A stretch of 64,000 nucleotides of DNA from positions 480,001-544,000 of the forward strand of contig MTLY02000003.1 in assembly GCA_002011035.2 (NCBI GenBank), in the 5' to 3' direction. The notes under the pieces are model-generated. The model did no database searches and was not told where the DNA came from. It worked only from the letters and a program-made list of their open reading frames with translations. This document shows positions 48,049 through 58,618 of the stretch, one piece after another. This DNA comes from Candidatus Hecatella orcuttiae (GTDB taxonomy: Archaea > Thermoproteota > Bathyarchaeia > Hecatellales > Hecatellaceae). The position numbers were made by a program, and so were the translations under genes. How positions within the stretch are numbered: position 1 is the first letter of the stretch; each line of letters starts with the position of its first letter.

Positions 48049-48810
48049 TTAAGGAGTGATAAACAGTTTCTCCTTCGGGAAGACAGTGATCCCTCGCTGG
48101 TCTATTTTATACGGGTGCGGCTGGATGTCGTGGGAAACTCCCCGCATTTTTTCCACATGAATGCTTTTAGCCGTCACATCCTCTCTCCGAATGTTCTGCA
48201 TGACAATAACTCCGTCGGATAAATATTCCTCAAAGATAAACTCCCGCTCTAGCAAGTTGGCTTTCACCTCAGAAATGATGAGGGCGGTGACGCCTAATTC
48301 CGTGAAAGTTTTAAAAATAAGCATGGTAGCCAGCCGCCTCTTAACCAATTCTGGCTCTTGGAAGGTTAACGCGGAAAGGGAGTCAAGGACTACTCTTTTG
48401 GCGCCGACGTCTCTGCAACTGTTTCGAATAACCTCCAACAAGCTTGAAATTTTGAAGGCAGGCATGCTCAGAAATTTCACCGCAGCTTCAATTTCTCTTT
48501 GAGGCATGTAATTAATAATAGAGTAATCCACTATCTTCAACATTCCATCCTTCTCATGCTTTTCAAAGTTTAGATCAAGCTTTGAAAGTTCCCTCTTCAG
48601 GGATGAAACATCCTCTTCCAACGTAATGTAAAGGCCTTTCTCGTTGAACATGGATATCCCGTTGCAGAGATACTGAGCGCTGAGAATAGTCTTCCCAGTT
48701 CCAGGGCCGCCGATGACAAGAATGTTCCGGCCCTGAGGGAGACCCCCTCCCAAAATCTCATCTAACCCTTCAATCCCTGTGGGAATAATGTCCTTCGGAT
48801 GTGAAGTCAT
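48049..48810 (-). CDS. Single-domain KaiC/RAD55-family ATPase
   Basis: TGIEGLD..LGGG, GGPGTGKT, TLEE, VVLDS, EEYLSDGVI, KMRG. Confidence 0.93.
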   Translation of the reverse strand: MTSHPKDIIPTGIEGLDEILGGGLPQGRNILVIGGPGTGKTILSAQYLCNGISMFNEKGLYITLEEDVSSLKRELSKLDLNFEKHEKDGMLKIVDYSIINYMPQREIEAAVKFLSMPAFKISSLLEVIRNSCRDVGAKRVVLDSLSALTFQEPELVKRRLATMLIFKTFTELGVTALIISEVKANLLEREFIFEEYLSDGVIVMQNIRREDVTAKSIHVEKMRGVSHDIQPHPYKIDQRGITVFPKEKLFITP

Positions 48811-48912
48811 GAAAACCCCTTCTTCTCCTCCCAGCCTAATTATTCTTCCCCAAACGAGGTTAATATCTCTTTTCGCTCCAAGCTGGAAACCCGAATAATT
48901 AACGCCAAATGT

Positions 48913-49827
48913 TTAAGGCTGGTTTTTCTTCTCGTCTTCCAACATGTCCATCAAGCCTTCCCATAGGCTGTACCTAGCTCGGAACCCTAGATCCTTCTCC
49001 GCTCGCCTGACATCATAGACAAAATTTTGAGCGTCAAAGCTTCTAGGCGGCTTTACAACCGGCTTCAAGTTCGAGTTTAGAGCCTTCAAGCATAGGTTGC
49101 AAACTTTTCTGATGGAAAGAGCCCTACCTGTGCCTATGTTGTATATTTTATTAAGCTTCTGAGCTTCTAAGGCCAGTATGTTTGCGCGGGCAACATCCTT
49201 CACGTAGATGAAGTCGCATTTTTGACTGCCTCCATATATTTCTGGGGGCTCCCCCTTTTTGATTCTCTGAAGAAATTTCCCTATGGCACCCCCCTCTTTA
49301 TGCCTCCCATATATGTAGCCGTAGCGGAGGATTATGTAGGGAAGCTTTTTGCCGCTATTCCTAACCCACTGCTCAGCTTGAAGCTTAGTCCATCCGTAAT
49401 CACTATCAACGCTCGGCCCCAGTTTTTCTCTTTCGCTGATGGGAACCCGCGCGTTTTGTCTATAAACATTCCCTGTTGAACCATAGACCAAACGCTCAGC
49501 TTTCTTTGCTATACACGCGTCTACAACATTTATGGTTCCCTCCACATTCATCCTTAGAGCGTATCTTCTGTTTGCGCCAGCTGCATCAAACGTGGATATG
49601 GCAGCCAAGTGAAGTACCTTGTCCCCCGGACGGATAAGCTTAAAAAGCCTTGGGTCTAGTATGTCGAATTTCTTCAAGGTAAAGTTCGGGTGGGAATCGA
49701 ATTTTTCAAGTCTGTCGCCAGATAGGTCTATTCCCAAAACCCTATAGCCTTCTGCCAAAAGGGCCTCTACCGTATGGATGCCAACGAAACCGTTCGCTCC
49801 AGTTACAACTATTCTACTTTTTTCCAA
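48913..49827 (-). CDS. NAD-dependent nucleotide-sugar epimerase/dehydratase
   Basis: VTGANGFVG, HLAA, YGWTK, DFIYVKD, YNIGTG. Confidence 0.9.
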   Translation of the reverse strand: MEKSRIVVTGANGFVGIHTVEALLAEGYRVLGIDLSGDRLEKFDSHPNFTLKKFDILDPRLFKLIRPGDKVLHLAAISTFDAAGANRRYALRMNVEGTINVVDACIAKKAERLVYGSTGNVYRQNARVPISEREKLGPSVDSDYGWTKLQAEQWVRNSGKKLPYIILRYGYIYGRHKEGGAIGKFLQRIKKGEPPEIYGGSQKCDFIYVKDVARANILALEAQKLNKIYNIGTGRALSIRKVCNLCLKALNSNLKPVVKPPRSFDAQNFVYDVRRAEKDLGFRARYSLWEGLMDMLEDEKKNQP

Positions 49828-50851
49828 GAGCCGATAACCTGTGCACTTGCTCTATAATATGTGGAACAGGGTCCTCCAAAGCGTTCAGCCGTTCTCCTAC
49901 CTCTACCCTTTCACCCATGATCCGGCAGACCAATTTGTACGCTTCTTTAACGTTCGGCAAATAATACAGCGGAAAACCTTTTTTACTCAGATATTTACCA
50001 ATGAGGTCGAAAAAATGGAGGCTGATGGCAGGGGTACCCTGCAAAGCTGCTTCCTTAGCTATCGTTCCTCCGCTGCATATGACTGCCCCAACAAGGCGGA
50101 CGAGCAGAGGTACGTTTAAAACATTCTTCGGAACCATGATGTTTCCCGCCCCTTTTAACTCAGCTTTTTTTCCAGTGTAACGTGGAAGGAAAATCACCTG
50201 ATAATCTTCAGCCAACATGCTTAGGAGTTCTTTGATTTTCTCGCGGTAGACTCGAACGTACGACGCATCGCTTTCAATGTCCCTTAAAACCACTGAGTAG
50301 CGTAGTTCCTTCTCCGACATGTCAATCCCTAAAGGTACATCCTCGGCAATCCGCCTCTTAATGTAGGAGACTTCCTCCGTGCCATTATATTGAATTATCT
50401 TAGAAGGCGCTATGCCAAATTTTTCCCATAATTTTTTTTCGATGGAATTGGGTGTTACCAAAGAATCGAGAAGCGGAACTGTAAGCCTCAAAACCGACAA
50501 GTTTATTATAGTATCATTTGCATGCACCATGGGAATTCCGAAACCGAAAGCCACCCGCGTCGCCTCCACGGATCCATGAGCATACAAAACATCCGGCCTG
50601 CCATGGCTTTCAATAAATCCAGCCAACGTTTTTTCCCGCTCTACCCCAAACATGAATTTTTCCCTCACGGAATAACCGTATCTCCCGAACGGAGTATGCG
50701 AGATTTTAAGCATATCTAAAACTTGGCACGTTGCCAAGCCTCTCCGAGATGTCACGTATACTTCTTCAAATTTACAGTCTAACAGCAACGCTTTTAGCAG
50801 CCATGCATCCTTAGGATGAACAACATCCACCCATAATTTCATGGACGCCAC
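49814..50851 (-). CDS. DUF354-family GT-B-like protein
   Basis: KLWVD, R.AFGFGIP, YNG.EE, GGTIAKEAALQGTP.IS. Confidence 0.8.
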   Translation of the reverse strand: MASMKLWVDVVHPKDAWLLKALLLDCKFEEVYVTSRRGLATCQVLDMLKISHTPFGRYGYSVREKFMFGVEREKTLAGFIESHGRPDVLYAHGSVEATRVAFGFGIPMVHANDTIINLSVLRLTVPLLDSLVTPNSIEKKLWEKFGIAPSKIIQYNGTEEVSYIKRRIAEDVPLGIDMSEKELRYSVVLRDIESDASYVRVYREKIKELLSMLAEDYQVIFLPRYTGKKAELKGAGNIMVPKNVLNVPLLVRLVGAVICSGGTIAKEAALQGTPAISLHFFDLIGKYLSKKGFPLYYLPNVKEAYKLVCRIMGERVEVGERLNALEDPVPHIIEQVHRLSALGKK

Positions 50852-50884
50852 TTCAAATCCGGTTGTGCCTTGATGAAAAGAACG

Positions 50885-51784
50885 CTAAAATAGGCTTCTG
50901 CGAAGGGCCTCCTCAATGTTAACTGAGGGTCTATAGTTGAAATATTTCTCAGCTTTAGTAATTGAAGGATAAGAGTTGACGGGTATTTCATTAGGCCTCG
51001 GAGGAGCCAACTTTATCTTCGACTTACTGCCTGAAATCTGGATCAGTTTTTCCACAACCCATTTTAACTTGACAGGCTGCCCGCTTCCTATGTGAAACAG
51101 TTCGCCGAACGTTGAGGAGGGATTCATCAAGACGCTGCGTATGGCTTCGCAGAGGTTTCCTACGTAGTTGAAATCCATCACCTGCTCACCGTAACAGTAG
51201 AGGGTGATGGGCTCCTCTTTCTTCACTTTGGCTGCTAAAAGGTTCAGAATGGTGCCTCTCAACCCTTCTCCTATCAAATCCCAGCACCGAAAGATTGTTG
51301 CCTTCAACCCTTTTTTAGCCATGTAATGGAATATCATGTATTCAGACAAAACCTTAGAGTACGCATAGCCGCTTTGGGGATTGTACTGCCAGTTATCTTC
51401 GCTGATGGGTAAAAATTTAGATGAACTGCCGAGAACAGCAGCGCTGGACATGAAAATCACCCTTGCATTATAATTAACACAACAATCAATCACGTTCAAG
51501 GTTCCAAACGAGTTGGTGTGAAAGTATGGATACGGCTTCTCATTACTTTCTTTGGAATTGCAAAGAGCTGCCAGATGAACCACCACGTCCGGCTGAAAGG
51601 ATTCAAATACTGATTTAACATCTTCTAGAACTGTAACGTCGCATACAAAGTTAGTAGAATTCGTTCTTTTAACGTCTATGCCTGCGACATCCACTTGGGA
51701 AGTCTTCAAATAGTTGAATAAGTGGCGGCCCACAAACCCCGCGCTGCCCGTTATCAAAACTTTCGTTTTCTCCTTCATATTCAT
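50885..51784 (-). CDS. NAD-dependent nucleotide-sugar epimerase/dehydratase
   Basis: ITGSAGFVG, HLAA, SSAA, YAYSK. Confidence 0.9.
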   Translation of the reverse strand: MNMKEKTKVLITGSAGFVGRHLFNYLKTSQVDVAGIDVKRTNSTNFVCDVTVLEDVKSVFESFQPDVVVHLAALCNSKESNEKPYPYFHTNSFGTLNVIDCCVNYNARVIFMSSAAVLGSSSKFLPISEDNWQYNPQSGYAYSKVLSEYMIFHYMAKKGLKATIFRCWDLIGEGLRGTILNLLAAKVKKEEPITLYCYGEQVMDFNYVGNLCEAIRSVLMNPSSTFGELFHIGSGQPVKLKWVVEKLIQISGSKSKIKLAPPRPNEIPVNSYPSITKAEKYFNYRPSVNIEEALRRSLF

Positions 51785-52007
51785 TGCTCCATTATTTCGC
51801 AGAGTCGGACGGCCACTGAGATCTTCGTCTAAAGGGTAGCAAGCCTCTATTTATATAATATCCTTATGTTTTCATAAGCTTTAGGCGGGAAAAATTTTTA
51901 AGCCTATCTGAATTCCCACGCTTACAACTCTATGACCCTTCTCCGTAGGGCCTTAATCGTCTGCTTAATGTGAAAGAAGTCTCTTTGCTAATTGAAGAAA
52001 CACTTAA

Positions 52008-52930
52008 CTATTTGTTGATAATCTCTTGGTAGAATTTAAGATACATGCCAGTAGCTCTATCCCAAGTTAGGTTCCTTTCGATGTATCCTCTTCCCTCTAA
52101 GGCTTTTTTCTCGCATTTTCATAATTTTTAAAAATCCAACAAGCTTTTTCAGCAAACGCCTCTGCTTTGTAGGGAACATAGTAAGCATACTTACCTACAG
52201 ATTCCCTTATGGCTGGTATATCTGTGGCTATCACCGGTGTCCCGCATGCCAATGCTTCAGCTGAAGCCAGAGAGAACCCCTCAGCATAGGGCGGGCTTGG
52301 AACTAAAATAACATGGCATTTGTTGTAGAAATAGCATAATTGATTATCATCTAAGACCTTATCGTTCAACAAGATAACGCATTCCGGTAATAATTCAGCA
52401 TTTTTGGGATAAGACTAATTTTGTAGGATGCTTTTCTTCCCACATAGCCGATAGTCGGTTTTTTCGGTTTCTTTATTCCAAGCGGTTTAAATTTACTGCA
52501 ATCAACCCCGTTAGGGACAACTCTAGCCTTGTCAGTCATCTTCGGCATCACAACTCCCAGGGCCTCTATAATAGCCTTTGTCGGGGTTGTTATTCCTATA
52601 GCTTTTTTTTACAGCTAATTTTTGAAGATATCCTCTGAAGTGATACATTCGCATAGGAGCGATGTCATGGAGGGTTAGGATGTAATTCTTTCTAGCGATG
52701 ATCGGCGGCATTGCTGCCCTAAAATTAGCCGCGTGAATGACATCATAGTCTTTAAGTTTCATTGATGCTCTTACCATCCAAAGAAAAGTTCCAGTCTATG
52801 GTTTTCCGTTATGGACGACTTCAACGTTAACATGTTTTCTCAGCCTTTCCACTATCTCTATACTAAATCTGTTAACGCCTCCTATCGGTTTTTCAGGCGT
52901 ATAATGGAGAGTTAACCACAGGACTTTCAT
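52008..52930 (-). pseudogene. GT4 glycosyltransferase pseudogene (multiple frameshifts/stops)
   Basis: Fragments MKVLWLT..PIGG, DVIHA..TLHD, VVPNGVD..F.P, YVGR, EGFSL...EALACGTPVIATD, LTWDRA..Y in different frames. Confidence 0.85.
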
Positions 52931-53172
52931 GGCTTTCGTCTAACTACTTTAAACTTTCTTTTAATGGTATATAGGTTATAAACCCTCCAAATATATAATT
53001 GCTTCAATCTCATTGCTGAGGGATGCCACCTTATTGACGATTCCCATCAGCTTCCTTAACTTATCTTTACGTTTTCCACTATAAATATCGTGGTTTTGTC
53101 CTTATTTTCAATTGAAACTCTTCCTTTCGCAGAAGCTTGTATAATGAAAAAGGAGTATACCTTTTTCTATGC

Positions 53173-53514
53173 CTATGGTATTGTTTCTCCCCCGGCATCA
53201 TAAAGCGGATTAGAAACAGTTTTGCGTCCCGCTAGTCTCGGCAAAAGAAAATAGTAAGGTATGGCTATTAAATTAGGGACGACTATTGTTATTATGGTTA
53301 TATATCTTCTAGAAATTCTTGTAAGCTCTCTCAACAAGGTATGAGGTTTATCACTATGTTCAAAAGTATGGAATAGGTAAACTTGTTCAAAACATTTTTC
53401 TTGAAATGGTAAATAATGCATGTCTGCCCCCACATCTGGATTGACGATAGGATCTATATCAACGCCAATATCCTTCCGCTTATTCCTGCCGCAGCCTACA
53501 TCGAGAGTTACCAT
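53173..53514 (-). CDS. Class I SAM methyltransferase, short and probably truncated
   Basis: LDVGCG, D.HYLPF, FEH...L.E..R. Confidence 0.6.
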   Translation of the reverse strand: MVTLDVGCGRNKRKDIGVDIDPIVNPDVGADMHYLPFQEKCFEQVYLFHTFEHSDKPHTLLRELTRISRRYITIITIVVPNLIAIPYYFLLPRLAGRKTVSNPLYDAGGETIP

Positions 53515-53746
53515 GCCTTTAATCTCCTGTTTACCAACTCAAATTAAGATGAGGAAACATTCAATGTGGTTTTACAAAGCTAAAAATTAATTCGTTGTTT
53601 ATTAATGAGATCTCCTAAAAAGGTTGGGCATATTGAAGGCAAAGAGATGACTAAATTATATATTAAATTAATAGTATATTAATCGAGTAATGAAAAACTT
53701 AAGAGCCAAACCGTCTTGAATTGACGAATCTACAAGGTAATAAAAT

Positions 53747-54865
53747 TTGAGGGTTCTTCTACTGGGTCGATATACGGCTTGGGACAATAGGGCTTTTGGT
53801 GGCGACATTCACGCCCAGAAATTGGCGGATAATTTAGGGGCCTTAGGATGTAAGGTCGATTTCTGTAATGCCTCAAACTTCTCTGGCAGAGAAAGCATCA
53901 ACTTCTTAAAGGTTGAATATTGCCGATTTAGGAATACACCATATTATCCATTGTTAAAACTTGATAACGTGGTTGAATACGATGTGGTTCACGGCTTCTC
54001 CACCACCGGCTACATTTTTAGAATTATTAATAAATTTCGTTCTTCCTCGTCTTTGAGCCGTCCTTTGATGGTTCAATCTCAGCTTGTTTCAAGATTGGCT
54101 GCTTTAGGAGTCAAACATCCAGCTGAACTCTTACTCAGGCTCAAGCCCTTTAGGTTTTTAGCTTGGCGGATGGAGAGAGATGCATGCAGGCATGCCGACG
54201 TGGTTGTAGTGACCTCTCAGGCCGTGAAGGAATGTATCGTCAAAGAATTCGATTTGCCTAACAGTAAGGTTCAGGTAATTCCAAGAGGGGTAGACGTGGA
54301 GCACTTTAAGCCTACACGGCTTCCTGAAGATAAGGTTATTCTGACGGTGTGCAGACTTGAAATAGAAAAAGGAATCCAACATCTCATCGAATCGGTTAAG
54401 TATCTTCATAAATCCCATAAAGATATCAGTCTTCATATCGTAGGAAGCGGAAAGGATGAGCGTCGGTTGAAAGAAATGGCTAAAGGTTGTTCCTATGTGC
54501 GGTTTTTAGGTAAAGTTCCTCATCAAGACATGCCTAAAATTTACGCAAGTTGCAGAGTTTTCGTATTGCCCTCTCTCTTTGAACCATTCGGTGCAGTGTT
54601 GCTGGAGGCTATGGCCTCTGCTAGGCCGGTGATAGCTGTCAATACAGGTGGACCTAGAGATATCGTGACCCCGGACTGCGGTGTACTGGTCAATTTTGGT
54701 GATGTAGATCAATTAGCGGCCGCTGTTGACAATCTTCTCCACGACAGGAAGAAGGCGGAGAGAATGGGGCTTATGGGAAGAGATAGAGTTCAAAAAGAAT
54801 ACACTTGGGAAAAAGAGGCGGAAAAATATTTGAGACTGTATCGAGGAGAAACAGCCAAGCTCTAA
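53747..54865 (+). CDS. GT4 glycosyltransferase
   Basis: IPRGVD..F.P, RL..EKG, EPFG.VLLEAMA. Confidence 0.92.
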   Translation: MRVLLLGRYTAWDNRAFGGDIHAQKLADNLGALGCKVDFCNASNFSGRESINFLKVEYCRFRNTPYYPLLKLDNVVEYDVVHGFSTTGYIFRIINKFRSSSSLSRPLMVQSQLVSRLAALGVKHPAELLLRLKPFRFLAWRMERDACRHADVVVVTSQAVKECIVKEFDLPNSKVQVIPRGVDVEHFKPTRLPEDKVILTVCRLEIEKGIQHLIESVKYLHKSHKDISLHIVGSGKDERRLKEMAKGCSYVRFLGKVPHQDMPKIYASCRVFVLPSLFEPFGAVLLEAMASARPVIAVNTGGPRDIVTPDCGVLVNFGDVDQLAAAVDNLLHDRKKAERMGLMGRDRVQKEYTWEKEAEKYLRLYRGETAKL

Positions 54866-54869
54866 ACTG

Positions 54870-55727
54870 TTGGAGGCGATGCAATTGAAGTTTGACATAG
54901 TGATGTGGGCGAAAAATGGTGCATGGTCCTTGCCTCGGGTATTCAGCCGCATTAATGAAGTTATACCTCTCAGCTCTGTTAACCAGCGGATATACGTTGA
55001 TGATCACAGCATAGATGATAGCGTGGAAATAGCCAAGTCATTCGGTTGGAGTGTCTACAAAAACGAAGGTGCCGGTCTCAGTGACGGCGCCAACACAGCC
55101 CTAAAACATGTTGAAACTCCTTACTTCATATCGTTTGAACGAGACATAGTTCTAGCTGAAGATTGGTGGGAGAAAATACCGCCTCAAGTTCTAGGTAAGC
55201 ATAAAGTCCTTGCTGCACAAGGGATACGTCTCCCAGATCATCCTATTCTGAGAAAGCTCCAAGAATATCGGACGGAGAGGATGATTAAAACTGGACGTTC
55301 CACCCAATCTCTAGATAACACCATGTTCAACACCACCCTTCTCCGTGGTCTAGGCGGTTTCCCTAAGATAAAAAAGGCAGCAGCCGGCGTCGATAGCATT
55401 CTGGTTCAGAAAGCTTTAAGAGCGGGCTATGAATGGAAAACCGACTTCAGCGTCATGTCTCTACATTTGAGAAAGGGGGTATGCCAAGAGCTTCGGCATT
55501 ATTACAGATATGGCGTTTACTCTAACATAGTAAAAAAATATGATAAGTCAATTAATATGCTGCGTTTTCTCAAAATGTTATTTTTCTCGCCCATTAGGGG
55601 ATTTGATATTGCTGTAAAGAAACGGTGCATCTGGCTTTGGCCCCTGTATCTCACAATCAGACTCTACGCCTTTTTGGGTTATCTCCACGGATATTTTTCT
55701 CTTTCACATGAAGAGAACGATGTTTGA
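54870..55727 (+). CDS. GT2 (GT-A) glycosyltransferase
   Basis: AKN, VDDHS.D.S, N.AL..V.TP.F.S.E.D. Confidence 0.85.
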   Translation: MEAMQLKFDIVMWAKNGAWSLPRVFSRINEVIPLSSVNQRIYVDDHSIDDSVEIAKSFGWSVYKNEGAGLSDGANTALKHVETPYFISFERDIVLAEDWWEKIPPQVLGKHKVLAAQGIRLPDHPILRKLQEYRTERMIKTGRSTQSLDNTMFNTTLLRGLGGFPKIKKAAAGVDSILVQKALRAGYEWKTDFSVMSLHLRKGVCQELRHYYRYGVYSNIVKKYDKSINMLRFLKMLFFSPIRGFDIAVKKRCIWLWPLYLTIRLYAFLGYLHGYFSLSHEENDV

Positions 55728-55755
55728 CCGATGTCATGTTCATAAAGCAATTTTA

Positions 55756-56475
55756 CTAAGCCGTCCGTCGACAGACTAGTACAGAATTTGATATGTCTTC
55801 ACATATTTTTCTTTTCAAGATTTTACTATAAAATGTTCTGGCAAAAGGAAAATCCACGCGTAGGACCTTAATGGAGAAGAAACTTTCAATCACGCTAAAG
55901 CCATTCTCCTCCATCAAACTGAGGATTTCTTTGGGCGAAAATGACCTTAGATGCTTTTTATCCGCGATGAAGGCTACCCTGATCCTTCTCAAGACAAAGA
56001 ATTTACGTCTAATTTTACTCCAAAATTCACTTTTATAGGGTACCGGGACGGTCAAGACCAGTAACCCATCCGGCTTCAATACCCTTTTCATCTCGCTCAG
56101 AATCGCCGAAGGGTTTATCACGTGCTCCAAAACCTGCGAGCAAAGAATCAGGTTGACGCTAGAATTTTTTAAAGGGAGGGTCTCACCTACCCCATGGATG
56201 TAATCTGTTTTATCGTTTTTTCCCGCTTTTCTCAGAAGCGGGAGAGAAATGTCGAGACCGATGAGGAAGTTAAAAAGGTCTCTAAATAATTTCAAATAAC
56301 AACCTTCAGCGCATCCCACATCCAGTAAGATATCTCCCTCAGCGAACTTATGGACAACCTCTAACACTTTTTCTCTTCTTCTGAGATGTCCCTCTGCCTC
56401 GTAGAGTTTATTTTGCCCTTCCATACTTTGATATTCTTTGTAATATTTTCTCGGAATAATGCCCTTAGTAACCAT
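55756..56475 (-). CDS. Class I SAM-dependent methyltransferase
   Basis: LDVGCAEG, GLDIS, VLEHV, RVLKPDG. Confidence 0.9.
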   Translation of the reverse strand: MVTKGIIPRKYYKEYQSMEGQNKLYEAEGHLRRREKVLEVVHKFAEGDILLDVGCAEGCYLKLFRDLFNFLIGLDISLPLLRKAGKNDKTDYIHGVGETLPLKNSSVNLILCSQVLEHVINPSAILSEMKRVLKPDGLLVLTVPVPYKSEFWSKIRRKFFVLRRIRVAFIADKKHLRSFSPKEILSLMEENGFSVIESFFSIKVLRVDFPFARTFYSKILKRKICEDISNSVLVCRRTA

Positions 56476-56678
56476 ATTCTATGCGCCTAATTTCATATTC
56501 AGGTAGCTGTCCACGTCAATACAACTGCTTGTCGATGATAAAAAGTCTCCTCTCAGTTTTTAGAAAATAATCTCTGTAGCCATTATAGCTTAGGATTTTA
56601 ATAATCCATAGCATTATATAGGTTGAATTAAGGCTGAGGGCTTAAAGGGGAAGCTATAAGGGGTAGAGGTCCCGCGCT

Positions 56679-57818
56679 TTGAAGATTTGTATTTTCTCCC
56701 CTCAATCTCGTTTAGCCTCGCAGATGAAGGAATTCGCCATAAGATTTGTTAGCATGAATCATGAGGTACACGCAATTATAGCTTCCTCTTCCTATGGGCG
56801 AAAACATAGAAGGCGTGAAATTGATGGAAGCGGCATTGTCTATCATGTTATGCCGGTTATACCCGTCTCTAAGTTGTTATATCCTTCCTATGTAATTTTA
56901 GCTACGATAAGAGGATTACTCGTGAGAAATAGTGTTACTATCTCTCATGAGGTCTACACAGGTTTGATAGGGGTAATCCTTCGTTTCTTAACCGGCAGAA
57001 AGTCTGTCCTCTATGTGGTTGACGCTCAGACAGACCTGAAAATAGAGCGGGGTATGTGGCGTAATTCGCTGCTCCTAAAGCTTGGTAGGTGGCTGGAGCG
57101 TTTCGTAGTCAGTCACTCAGACGTATCCATAGCCATTGATCAGTCTTTGATCCCCTACCTAAAACAACTAGGCGCAAAAAGGGTTGAAGTTGTTACCTAC
57201 GGGATTAAACTGGACCTGTTCAATAAATGTGATGGCAAAGAAATCGTGAAGAAACACTGTCTCCCCGAGGGGAAGGTTGTAGGTTATGTCGGCGGAATGG
57301 AGCCCCATCATGGAGTACAATATCTGGTCGAAGCTATTCCTTATGTTATAAAAGAAATACCTGACGTCAAATTCCTTATAGTAGGTAACGGTCTTCTGAG
57401 GCCTTGGCTAGAAGAAAAGGCGGGAAAACATGGTGTCTTTCCAGGGCATGTACCATACCATGAGGTACCAAAATATCTTGCCGCCTCAGATATTCTCGTG
57501 GTCCCCGCAGCACCTCGCTCCAAATACGTGTCTGTGTTGACCACCAAGATTTTTGACTACCTTGGCTCTGGCAAGGCTATCATTGCAACAGATGTGGGCG
57601 GAATTAAACAGACCTTAGGCGATGTTACTTTAGTTGTGCCACCAAGAGACCCTAAAGCATTGGCAAATGCCATTCTACATCTGATAAAAGACAGAGAATC
57701 ACGCCGGAAGATGGGTTTGGAGGCGAAGAAAATCATCAACATCAGATTCAACTATGATAAACTTGCAAAAAGATTCGTCAAAATCTTGGAAGATGCAGGC
57801 AGGGATTGTGAGTCATGA
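56679..57818 (+). CDS. GT4 glycosyltransferase
   Basis: GYVG, GHVPYHEVP..LA.SD, KIFDYL.SGK.IIATDVG. Confidence 0.9.
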   Translation: MKICIFSPQSRLASQMKEFAIRFVSMNHEVHAIIASSSYGRKHRRREIDGSGIVYHVMPVIPVSKLLYPSYVILATIRGLLVRNSVTISHEVYTGLIGVILRFLTGRKSVLYVVDAQTDLKIERGMWRNSLLLKLGRWLERFVVSHSDVSIAIDQSLIPYLKQLGAKRVEVVTYGIKLDLFNKCDGKEIVKKHCLPEGKVVGYVGGMEPHHGVQYLVEAIPYVIKEIPDVKFLIVGNGLLRPWLEEKAGKHGVFPGHVPYHEVPKYLAASDILVVPAAPRSKYVSVLTTKIFDYLGSGKAIIATDVGGIKQTLGDVTLVVPPRDPKALANAILHLIKDRESRRKMGLEAKKIINIRFNYDKLAKRFVKILEDAGRDCES

Positions 57819-57834
57819 ACCTTCTTCACTTAAT

Positions 57835-58203
57835 TTAGTCGCTTTCCGCCCATTTTTTCATTAGCTTAATGGCTTCAGCATTTTTTCCATCCGCCAACAA
57901 AATGATGGCCTTTGCCAGGTCGCGGTAGTAGGGATTCGCTTTAGCCATAATTGTGTGGTTTATGGGGACTGCGCCTCGTTTAACATCTGTCCACCCGATG
58001 ATGGTGGCAAGAGGGATGTAAATTACAAAAAAAACTATCATAAAAACAATCAAATGTGAAAAGAGTTTTTGGAGGGTTGGAATATATTCTATTAGAAGGC
58101 GGTACTGTATCACAATAAAGTTTAGAAAGGTGATGGCGAAGATCAGGTAAACGCTGTGCCCCCTCCTAAAATAAGTCCAATATCTTAGTAGCCTTCTTCT
58201 CAA
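57835..58203 (-). CDS. Small two-TM hypothetical membrane protein
   Basis: Two hydrophobic segments, FRRGH..Y and NPY motifs; GGAG upstream of the TTG. Confidence 0.7.
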   Translation of the reverse strand: MRRRLLRYWTYFRRGHSVYLIFAITFLNFIVIQYRLLIEYIPTLQKLFSHLIVFMIVFFVIYIPLATIIGWTDVKRGAVPINHTIMAKANPYYRDLAKAIILLADGKNAEAIKLMKKWAESD

Positions 58204-58618
58204 TCCTTAACTCCTCCCTGTTTTTGTCAGTAAAGTTATTGTTGTTCTTGAGCACTTTTAATCAGCCTTAAAGAGAGGATATAAACTTTTTGAAAAGTAG
58301 GTTCAGCCTTCTTCTTGAATTTTCTGTCCTATTTGAACTTATTAGTTTAAAAATCTAGGCTTCAGCTGACTTATTTTGCGGACCTTTTCGGATCTTTCTC
58401 TAACATTTTTCCATATTTCTCCAAAGTCAAGTCTCTGCTTTTCTATTCGAAATTTCTTTAAGTACTTATGCATGTGTTATAAGTGAACTTATAACTGCGA
58501 AACAAATAAACCATTAATTTGGGATGTGCCGTGTTTTTATGGGAGAGGGAAAATATCTTTAAAAGTTGCTGTTTAGGCGTGATGGTGTTCAAGTCATAGA
58601 AGAGGCAGATTTACGCGT

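Noticed and set aside
48049-48810. Circadian clock KaiC
   Set aside because: Single domain, with no kaiA or kaiB in the window
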